From Candidatus Poribacteria bacterium (GTDB lineage Bacteria; Poribacteria; WGA-4E; WGA-3G), in contig CBDAUH010000003.1 of NCBI GenBank assembly GCA_965200395.1, forward strand, positions 874,398 to 938,397: a stretch of DNA of 64,000 nt, given 5' to 3'. The notes under the pieces are model-generated. The model worked only from the letters and a program-made list of their open reading frames with translations. It searched no databases and was not told the origin of the DNA. A program made the translations under genes and the position numbers. Below are positions 11,529 through 19,080 of the stretch, piece by piece. The stretch's first letter is position 1; every line of letters starts with the position of its first letter.

Positions 11529-11660
11529 TGAGCTTTATCCCCCCGCAGGCGGGGGGAATATGTAGTGATTGTATACCCGCAGGCGGGGGAATGTGTAGTG
11601 ATGCATACCCGCAGGCGGGGGAATGAGAGAGTGGACCCGTAGGCGAGGGGAATGCGTCCA
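11516..11660. repeat. Tandem array of 4 units of about 32 bp, each with the palindrome CCCGCAGGCGGGG (REP-like)
   Basis: Units at about 11537, 11572, 11604 and 11634. One further unit lies at 10148-10162 on the other side of the IS. Confidence 0.6.
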
Positions 11661-11665
11661 TCCTG

Positions 11666-13066
11666 TTACTTCAATAGGGACCAATCAGGTTCGTCTTCTG
11701 GGTTGCCGAGGGGACCGTGTGCGTTGCGGACGATGCGGCGTTGTGCATCATACCAATCGGTGTAGCTTGTGGCAGGTTGAAGTTTGTCGTTTCGGGCATC
11801 CATAAGATTTAAGAGCGTATTTTCCATTTCGTCTGCTAAAGACTTTGCTTCGGGATTGTCAATTAAGTTGTTCATCTGCAGCGGGTCTGTTTCAATGTCG
11901 TATAACATCCGCTTTCCGTCAAGCCACCGCGCGTAACTGTGGGATTTTGTGCGGACACCACGCCATTCGTCACCGTCAACAAAGTAATCGTAGGTTGCGC
12001 CGAAGTTCATTGTCAAAACAGCTTCTTGTTCATAAGCGTTCTTTTCGCCACGCCAGGATGCGGACAGATCATAGCCTTCCACTGTGCGAGAGGGTTGGAT
12101 TCCGCATAAACCGCAGAGGGATGGGAATAGGTCGACGGGGGATGTGAGCGTATCACAGGTGCGGTTTCCTTCAAACACGCCGGGGAGCCGCATTATCAAG
12201 GGCACTTTGATGGATTCCTCGTAAGGTTTTTTCTTTGCCCAAAAATTGATGCCTTGTGCGCCGCCTTGCGTGCCGTGATCAGAACCGAAGATAAGCAATG
12301 TGTTATCTACACGACCTGTTTTTTCAAGATATGTCATCAGTTCTCCGAGCATATCGTCAACTGCTAAAATCATAGCGAGATAGTGACGGTAAATTTTTGT
12401 GGATTGTTCTCGCTGTTTGTCTGACACGTTTTCAGGGAGATAGAGTTTGTCAGGGAGTCGGTCATAGTATTTCTGTGGGGCATATTCGTAGGGTGTGCTA
12501 TGTGCTTGATGTGGAGAGATGAACAGACAAAATGGTGTGTCATCGTTAACGTCATTCATAAACTGAAAAGCGTATCGGTTGAGTGCGTCAGTTTCATATC
12601 CTTCCCATTTTTCGTTCCGCCAATTGTCAAGGTTTACAGTGCCGTTGAAATAGTCTGTATGGAAGTTATAGCCGCGCCAATGTTGGAATCCGAGTCGGTC
12701 GCGTCCTTCTGGGACATAATCGCGTCCGCCGATTTCTGGGAATGAACCTGTGTGGAGATGCCATTTGCCGATCCACGCGGTGCGGTATCCATTTCTGCTA
12801 AAAACGTCACCGAGTCCGATTTCGTCGTGTCGGGTTCTGACGAAGTTTATGAGATGCCCGGTAGTTTGCGGGTGTCGTCCGGTGAGTAGCATGGATCGGT
12901 AGGGCGTGCAGACAGGTGCGGTAGCGATTGCATTGGAGAAAACGGTGCCTTCCTGCGCAAGTCGATCAATGTGAGGTGTTTCAATCTGGGTTTCACCATG
13001 TACTGGCAAAGAGCAGGCACGGATTTGATCTGATAGGAGATAAACGATGTTGGGTTTGTTTGTCAT
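11666..13066 (-). CDS. Sulfatase (arylsulfatase family)
   Basis: The CTPYR motif is a C-x-P-x-R formylglycine site, with sulfatase-like sequence throughout. ATG at 13066. Confidence 0.8.
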   Translation of the reverse strand: MTNKPNIVYLLSDQIRACSLPVHGETQIETPHIDRLAQEGTVFSNAIATAPVCTPYRSMLLTGRHPQTTGHLINFVRTRHDEIGLGDVFSRNGYRTAWIGKWHLHTGSFPEIGGRDYVPEGRDRLGFQHWRGYNFHTDYFNGTVNLDNWRNEKWEGYETDALNRYAFQFMNDVNDDTPFCLFISPHQAHSTPYEYAPQKYYDRLPDKLYLPENVSDKQREQSTKIYRHYLAMILAVDDMLGELMTYLEKTGRVDNTLLIFGSDHGTQGGAQGINFWAKKKPYEESIKVPLIMRLPGVFEGNRTCDTLTSPVDLFPSLCGLCGIQPSRTVEGYDLSASWRGEKNAYEQEAVLTMNFGATYDYFVDGDEWRGVRTKSHSYARWLDGKRMLYDIETDPLQMNNLIDNPEAKSLADEMENTLLNLMDARNDKLQPATSYTDWYDAQRRIVRNAHGPLGNPEDEPDWSLLK

Positions 13067-13124
13067 GATTTAATTTTTTCGGTGGGAAATTATTTGGGTA
13101 GATTTTAATATGTTTCTGAATTTT

Positions 13125-13215
13125 GGATTACACTAAATCAACGGTATGAATGCCTTTTGGCATTCCCCGGATTACGCGGATAAACGTGGATTTTGTTTTT
13201 TGTGAGTACTGATGT
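13125..13215. repeat. Dispersed hairpin-containing intergenic repeat (copy R1)
   Basis: caaatcaacggtatgaatgccttttggcattccccggattacgcggat...ggattttgttttttgtga; near-identical copy at 18786-18890 and a degenerate copy at 15128-15215. Confidence 0.5.
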
Positions 13216-13553
13216 TTGTAGAGCAAATTTTTGAGTCTGCTGAAGAAATATCGGTGGTTAGAATTTCTTGATGATTCCATCTCGAACCGCTTTCAGGGCA
13301 TTCAATTTTAACGTGTTGGGTTTCACTGCGTTCAACCCAACCTACTGTAGGGGCGATCTTCCGCTCATGACCCCCTTCGCAACAATGCCCAAAAATCCGA
13401 CAATTGAATGGCTCTGGTACCGCTTTGCGACTGAATTCTTTATCAGTTGTTGTGTGTGCCCAAATTGTTTAGTTTTCTTCAGTAATTGTGGTGTGCTTCT
13501 AAACTGTTTCTACTCACTTATTAAGAATACGGAGTATTTTCTCAGTTTCTGCT

Positions 13554-14984
13554 TCAAGTTTTACATCGCCCGCCTGTATCGCAAGCCGCAGGGCGGTTGC
13601 GGAGGTCTTGCCTCGCTTCCAGAATCCGACCTAAAAGACCCTTCGCGAGTCCTCGAACATAGTATGCTCTGGCATAATCAAGTTTTAGTCTTATGGCAAT
13701 GTCATAATCGGCAATCGCAGCACTGTATTGTTCCAATTTACCCTTTGCATTTCCCCGATTGTAGTATGCTAAGGCATCAGGTTTTAGTCTTATGGCGATG
13801 TCATAATCAGCAATCGCAGCAAAATGTTGTCCCAAGTTATCCTTCGCAGCTCCCCGATTGTTGTATGCTTCGGCAAAATCGGGCTTGAGTCTTATGGCGA
13901 TGTCATAATCAGCAATCGCAGCACTGTATTGTCCCAAGTTATTCTTGACACTTCCTCGATTGTAGTATGCTAAGGCATCAGGTTTTAGTCTTATGGCAAT
14001 GTCATAATCAGCAATCGCAGCAAAATGTTGTCCCAAGTTATTCTTCGCAGCTCCCCGATTAAGGTATGCATCGGCAGCATTAGGTTTTAGTTTTATGGCA
14101 GTGTCAAAATCGGCAATTGCAGCAAAATGTTGTCCCAAGTTATCCTTCGCAGCTCCCCAATTGAGGTATGCATTGGCATCATCGGGTTTGAGGCGGATAG
14201 CCTTGGTATAGTCTGTGATGGCACCTGCGTAATCGCCTAACTTGTACTTCACGTTTCCCCACAGAAAGTAGGTCTCCGCAGAGATAGAAGATTGTCCTTG
14301 TGATAAAGGTTTTGACAGCCCCGGTCCCTTCAGCAGCTTTTTAAGATATTTGGATGGAATGGCAAAGTTAAGGTTCTGGGCATCCAAGGATCTGTGGGTA
14401 GAAAAGGACACACCAATCACTTCGCCTTTACGATTTAGCACAGGACCGCCACTACTCCCAGGAGAAATCGGCGCAGTCATCTGCAAACGTTCTTTTGTGT
14501 ACTTATCTCTACGGCTACTGATAAGACCATCCGAGAAGGTGCCTTCTAATCCTTTCGGATTACCTGCAACGTAGACTGTCTCACCGATTCGTACGGTATC
14601 GCTTTCACCCAGCGAAAGCGGTTTGATGCCGTACGCGGTCACCTTTAGAAGTGCAAGGTCGTTTACCTTGTCGGTTGCTGTAACGCCTTCAATCTTGTAT
14701 TGGGTATATTTACCGACTAACTTTGCGGTACCTTTAGCTGCGCCTTCAATTACGTGGTAGTTCGTAGCAATGAGATTAGATTTGACAAAGAATCCGCTGC
14801 CGATTCCGAGGGTTTTTCCGTTTTTGTCCTGCATCTCCAAGTATACTGTTGCTGCTAATGCTTTTTCTGCGATGTCTTCGGCGGGGAGGGTGGTTTGTGC
14901 TGGTGCTGTGATTGTTATGCAAAAGAGGAGAAAAGTGGCTGCGCATTGGGAGAATATCCATAATAATTTGGCTTTGTGTTTCAT
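13554..14984 (-). CDS. Secreted trypsin-like (S1/HtrA-like) serine protease with C-terminal TPR array, paralog 1
   Basis: Signal peptide MKHKAKLLWIFSQCAATFLLFCITITAPAQ; catalytic-triad context TNYHV (His), DLALLKV (Asp) and GSSGGPV (Ser); followed by about 7 TPR repeats. The C-terminal tail differs from the paralogs because of a 1-nt indel near 13590. Confidence 0.8.
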   Translation of the reverse strand: MKHKAKLLWIFSQCAATFLLFCITITAPAQTTLPAEDIAEKALAATVYLEMQDKNGKTLGIGSGFFVKSNLIATNYHVIEGAAKGTAKLVGKYTQYKIEGVTATDKVNDLALLKVTAYGIKPLSLGESDTVRIGETVYVAGNPKGLEGTFSDGLISSRRDKYTKERLQMTAPISPGSSGGPVLNRKGEVIGVSFSTHRSLDAQNLNFAIPSKYLKKLLKGPGLSKPLSQGQSSISAETYFLWGNVKYKLGDYAGAITDYTKAIRLKPDDANAYLNWGAAKDNLGQHFAAIADFDTAIKLKPNAADAYLNRGAAKNNLGQHFAAIADYDIAIRLKPDALAYYNRGSVKNNLGQYSAAIADYDIAIRLKPDFAEAYNNRGAAKDNLGQHFAAIADYDIAIRLKPDALAYYNRGNAKGKLEQYSAAIADYDIAIRLKLDYARAYYVRGLAKGLLGRILEARQDLRNRPAACDTGGRCKT

Positions 14985-15040
14985 GGTATTTTCCTTTGAT
15001 GGTGTAGCTTGTCTTGAAGATTGAACGTGTTATTGACAAA

Positions 15041-15069
15041 ATGATAACACAATTTGCTGAAGGTGTCAA
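15041..15069 (-). promoter_or_regulatory. Near-consensus sigma70 promoter of protease paralog 1
   Basis: Minus strand reads TTGACA-17 nt-TATCAT, about 55 bp upstream of the ATG at 14984. The element is conserved upstream of all three paralogs. Confidence 0.55.
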
Positions 15070-15484
15070 GAGTGTTTTTGTTTTCAACGGAGGCATTCAA
15101 AAGTCGCGGATTTTTTGTCAGAATCTCGGATTTTCACCAAATCAACGGTATGAATGTCATTTAGGCGTTCCTCGGATTATCTTTGTCAGGATCGCGGAGG
15201 ACACTAAATCTGAGGCAATTGAATGGCTCTGGAAACATCACAGAAAAGGTTGCCTGTTCTACGGCAAATTTGTTATAATTTTAACATCATGTTTCGGGTG
15301 GAACTGCTACGAATCGGAAACCCTTTTTCGTTTCTCCGCCCCTTCTGCTGTAGCAGAGGATAGAATAAAATGGAGGCGGGAATCCGAGGGAGATGATACT
15401 GGAAGGATCGCTGCGTGTGTAGCAAACAAAACATGGCACACCCATCACCTTGCCACACCAAAATCTAATTTGGAGGTAATTAAA

Positions 15485-16159
15485 TTGGGAAAACACCATA
15501 ACATTCAGAGCGGAACAGACTGGATAAATAACATTGTTACTTTCAACGGACAAGGATGTTCGGGGAAAACGACCCAAGTGAAACTGCTTGCCAACTCAAA
15601 TAAAGAGGAGTATAAACGCATTCATAGTTATAAACTTCGGAGGAAGTTCAAGAAAAAAATTTATGAGAAAACGGAGGGTATGAATACAGATATCAAGTAC
15701 TTAAATGAGAGTGGTACTTGTAAGAAACTATACAGTGTGGAAGTTTCAGGACATCCTTCCTTCGCTTGGTTGATAGCTAATTTTTACAAGACAGCGAAAC
15801 CACTTATGTTGGAGGGCACCACCGTTGTTTTAGATCACTATCTCGGCGACTATTATGCCGATATGTTAGCTTGTGTTGATATTGCGGATCTTCTATCTCT
15901 CGTCAGAGAAGATTTGGTGATACCAGATTTTGATCAAGGTACGCATTTCTATCTTGATATTGATTACGAGATCTATCAGGAGAGATGGCGCGAGCGGGAA
16001 GGAACCGAGCCGCGAGTGAATAGAGAAACTTTTAAAAAACGACGTGAACGCTATCAAGAACTTTGTGAATTGACACCGCTGAAATGTATTGACGCTAAGG
16101 TGAGTAAGGAGGAGGTTGCTAAAAAGGTACAAGAGGTTTTAGCTTGCGAAAATCAATAA
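15485..16159 (+). CDS. P-loop kinase-like protein (thymidylate/dNMP-kinase-like Walker A)
   Basis: FNGQGCSGKTTQ Walker A near the N-terminus. Proposed TTG start at 15485 with a GGAGG ribosome-binding site 8 nt upstream. The upstream part of ORF 15014-16159 overlaps the promoter and repeat and is rejected. Confidence 0.45.
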   Translation: MGKHHNIQSGTDWINNIVTFNGQGCSGKTTQVKLLANSNKEEYKRIHSYKLRRKFKKKIYEKTEGMNTDIKYLNESGTCKKLYSVEVSGHPSFAWLIANFYKTAKPLMLEGTTVVLDHYLGDYYADMLACVDIADLLSLVREDLVIPDFDQGTHFYLDIDYEIYQERWREREGTEPRVNRETFKKRRERYQELCELTPLKCIDAKVSKEEVAKKVQEVLACENQ

Positions 16160-16263
16160 AAAAGCAGTGTGTTATGTAGTACTATGTGGCCAGACGATCA
16201 TGTTCCGAGTCAATGTGGTTTCAGCTTCGATCGCTTATGTACTTACAGATAAAGGAGAAAATA

Positions 16264-16902
16264 ATGTCAAGTGAAATGTTATTACGAAATGCGATTTCCA
16301 CGATTGCCAACGATGGTATTGAAGAATGTCGGAAAGAGATTGAGAAAGCGGAATACCGCTGTGGACTTATTACAGAAAAAGACGTTTTCCTGAATAACTT
16401 CATTTGGATGGGGCCTCCAAAGGAATGGGAAGCGTTTACACCATCGGCTACCGAAATCGGTAAGCTTTATGAAGAGATAGCACCTCAAGAAGAACCGGCG
16501 CGCACACTAAACACTGTTGTTGAAGGTATAAAGAAGAGGTTTCCGGATGCGGATACCGCTGTGGGCGCGGTAAGTGCCCTTTACAAAACGTCTGAATGGT
16601 TTGGCAAACACTTAAGCCTTTGTACACACTTTGATGTGCATCTTATGTCGTCGCTATGGGTCAGGAATCTCCGATCTTCGAGTGGATCAGAATCGGCAGA
16701 TAAACTTTATATTGAAGATGGGAACCATCGAGCGTTAGTTTATGCAATACGGTTGATCTATGGTGCTGAAAAGGAATTTAGACCTGTTCGAGTGATTTGG
16801 TGTAAGTCATGGGAGCACATTCTTTGTTGGGCAGGTGATCCTGAAGCTGGAGATTCACCGCCTAGTGCTCTTGAGGAGTTTTTTACCGCATCGGTGAAAT
16901 AG
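16264..16902 (+). CDS. ParB/Srx-like nuclease-domain protein
   Basis: YIEDGNHRALVYAI is a DGxHR ParB/sulfiredoxin-fold signature. ATG at 16264 is preceded by an AAGGAG ribosome-binding site. Confidence 0.5.
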   Translation: MSSEMLLRNAISTIANDGIEECRKEIEKAEYRCGLITEKDVFLNNFIWMGPPKEWEAFTPSATEIGKLYEEIAPQEEPARTLNTVVEGIKKRFPDADTAVGAVSALYKTSEWFGKHLSLCTHFDVHLMSSLWVRNLRSSSGSESADKLYIEDGNHRALVYAIRLIYGAEKEFRPVRVIWCKSWEHILCWAGDPEAGDSPPSALEEFFTASVK

Positions 16903-16998
16903 AAAGATATCATTGAGGATGTCTACAGGTTTCGCAAAGAAGGGCGTTTATACAAGGATAACGGAATCCGTAGCGTTTTCGGTTGTATAGGTGTGAGT

Positions 16999-17139
16999 TC
17001 ACAATCTGATATACCTATTTTCTATGCCAAGTCTGCGCGCTTCCGCCCAGAGCAACTTCTGAAAGAACGTAACTGCTGTCTCCAGATTGAGTTGATCAAG
17101 GTCGTCGTTCTTCAGGGTGAAAATATTTTCATGATGCAT
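16999..17139 (-). pseudogene. 5' remnant of a second STAND NTPase gene copy
   Basis: Minus-strand translation MHHENIFTLKNDDLDQLNLETAVTFFQKLLWAEARRLG matches the first ~38 aa of the 19081-22860 product; a stop follows 9 codons later. The upstream GGGGGAG ribosome-binding site and conserved intergenic sequence are also present. Confidence 0.6.
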
Positions 17140-17373
17140 CACTTCACTCCCCCAAATTACTGAATTTTCTATTATGGTTAAATATGAAAATAAATAGACA
17201 CCGCATCCATAGAAGTGATCCTAGAATTTCGCCTTATCTCAATAATAGTCGGGTTTCGCAAGCTCTACCTGACCTACAAAATGTCCGATTAATTCTAAAA
17301 TCTACCATAGTTGTTGTGTGTGCCCAAATTGCTTAGTTTTCTTCAGTAATTGTGGCGTGCTTCTAAACTGTTT

Positions 17374-18756
17374 CTACTCACTCATTAAGTTAAGAATACG
17401 CAGTCCCTCCTCGATATCTGCTTTAAGTTTTACATCGCCCGCTTGTGTTGCAAGCCGCAGGGCAGTGCGGAGGTCTTGCCTCGCTTCCAGTGTCCGACCT
17501 AAAAGACCCTTTGCAAGTCCTCGACCGTAGTATGCATCGGCATAATCAGGTTTTAGTCTTATAGCGGTGTCATAATCGGCAATCGCAGCAAAATGTTGTC
17601 CCAAGTTATTCTTCGCAGCTCCCCGATTAAGGTATGCATCGGCAGCATTAGGTTTTAGTCTTATAGCGGTGTCATAATCGGCAATTGCAGCAAAATGTTG
17701 TCCTAAACGAGCCTTTGCATTTCCCCGATTGATGTACGCATCGGCATAATCAGGTTTTAATCTTATGGCGGTGTCAAAATCAGCAATTGCAGCAAAATGT
17801 TGTCCCAATTTACCCTTCGCATTTCCCCGATTATTGTATGCTGTGGCAACATCAGGTTCGAGTCCTATGGCAATGTTATAATCAGTAATCGCAGCAAAAT
17901 GTTGTCCCAATTTACCCTTCGCATTTCCCCGGTTGTTGTATGCTGAGGCAACATCAGGTTCGAGTTGGATAGCCTTAGTATAGTCAGCGATGGCACCCGC
18001 ATAATCGCCTAAATTGTACTTCACATTTCCCCACTGGAAGTAGGTCTCGGCAGAGATAGAACGTTGTCCTTGTGATAAAGGTTTTGACAGCTCCGGTTGC
18101 TTCAGCAGATTTTTAAGATATTTGGATGGAATGGCAAAGTTGAGGTTCTGCGCATCCAAATCCTTATAGACAGCAAAGGACACACCGATTACTTCGCCTT
18201 TTTTGTTTAGCACAGGACCGCCACTGCTCCCAGGAGAAATCGGCGCAGTCATCTGCAAACGTTCTTTTGTATATCTATCTCGACGGCTACTGATAATGCC
18301 ATTCGAGAAGGTTCCCTCTAATCCTTTCGGATTGCCCGCAACATAGACTGTCTCGCCGATTCGCACAGTATCGCTGTCACCAAGGGAAAGCGGTCTGATA
18401 CCGTACGCAGTTACCTTTAGGAGTGCCAGGTCGTTTATCTTGTCGGTTGCTGTAACGCCTTCGATGTTGTATTGGGTATATTTGCCGACTAACTTTGCGG
18501 TGCCTTTGGCTGCGCCTTCAATTACGTGGTAGTTCGTAGCAATGAGGTTAGACTTGACAAAGAATCCGCTGCCGATGCCGAGGGTTTTTCCGTTTTTGTC
18601 CTGCATCTCCAGGTATACTGTTGCTGCTAATGCTTTTTCTGCGATGTCTTCGGCGGGGAGGGTGGTTTGTGCTGGTGCTGTGATTGTTATGGAAAATAGG
18701 AGGAAAGCGATTGCGCATTGGGCGAATATCCACAATAATTTATTTCTGTGTTTCAT
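17374..18756 (-). CDS. Secreted trypsin-like serine protease with TPR array, paralog 2
   Basis: More than 90% identical to paralog 1 across the protease domain, with about 6 TPR units and an intact C-terminus ...LRILNLMSE. Confidence 0.8.
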   Translation of the reverse strand: MKHRNKLLWIFAQCAIAFLLFSITITAPAQTTLPAEDIAEKALAATVYLEMQDKNGKTLGIGSGFFVKSNLIATNYHVIEGAAKGTAKLVGKYTQYNIEGVTATDKINDLALLKVTAYGIRPLSLGDSDTVRIGETVYVAGNPKGLEGTFSNGIISSRRDRYTKERLQMTAPISPGSSGGPVLNKKGEVIGVSFAVYKDLDAQNLNFAIPSKYLKNLLKQPELSKPLSQGQRSISAETYFQWGNVKYNLGDYAGAIADYTKAIQLEPDVASAYNNRGNAKGKLGQHFAAITDYNIAIGLEPDVATAYNNRGNAKGKLGQHFAAIADFDTAIRLKPDYADAYINRGNAKARLGQHFAAIADYDTAIRLKPNAADAYLNRGAAKNNLGQHFAAIADYDTAIRLKPDYADAYYGRGLAKGLLGRTLEARQDLRTALRLATQAGDVKLKADIEEGLRILNLMSE

Positions 18757-18785
18757 GGTATTTTCCTTTGATGGTATGGCTTGTT

Positions 18786-18890
18786 TTGGTTCTGAATCGC
18801 GGATTACGCCAAATCAACGGTATGAATGCCATTTGGGCATTCCCCGGATTACGCGGATGAACGCGGATTTTGTTTTTTGTGACTGCTGGT
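18786..18890. repeat. Dispersed hairpin repeat (copy R3) inserted between promoter and start of protease paralog 2
   Basis: Near-identical to 13125-13215. Confidence 0.5.
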
Positions 18891-19009
18891 GTCTGTTTGT
18901 GGTATAGTTTTTCGTCTATGTTGTGCTTGTGCAACCTAAAGGTTTATGGTATATCGGCGTTTCGACCTATCTTCATATTTCGGGCAGTGAACTCATGTTA
19001 TTGTTGAAA

Positions 19010-19038
19010 ATAATAACACAATTTGTTGAAGGTGTCAA
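19010..19038 (-). promoter_or_regulatory. Sigma70-like promoter of protease paralog 2
   Basis: Minus strand reads TTGACA-17 nt-TATTAT. Confidence 0.45.
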
Positions 19039-19080
19039 GTTCTTAGGGAAGCGGCGGAAGTTTTCAACACAGCATTGTAC

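Noticed and set aside
11516-11660. Possible CRISPR array (about 4 regularly spaced GC-rich palindromic repeats)
   Set aside because: The spacers between repeats resemble each other (aatgtgtagtgatgcat-like). There are only four units, the repeat is short (13-15 bp), and no cas genes are present. I interpret it as a REP-like tandem repeat next to an IS.
13268-13888. 206-aa plus-strand ORF
   Set aside because: It spans the conserved 3' intergenic element and is antisense to the protease paralog 1 TPR region. The sequence is repeat-derived.
15014-15484. N-terminal 157 codons of ORF 15014-16159
   Set aside because: This region overlaps the conserved protease promoter and a dispersed repeat. The same repeat translates similarly in ORF 18542-18907, so it is repeat translation, not coding. 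A TTG with a GGAGG ribosome-binding site at 15485 fits a P-loop-near-N-terminus protein better.
18860-18900. Rho-independent terminator call for ...cgcggattttgttttttgtga
   Set aside because: There is a T-run but no convincing GC-rich self-complementary stem immediately upstream. The segment is part of the dispersed hairpin repeat.
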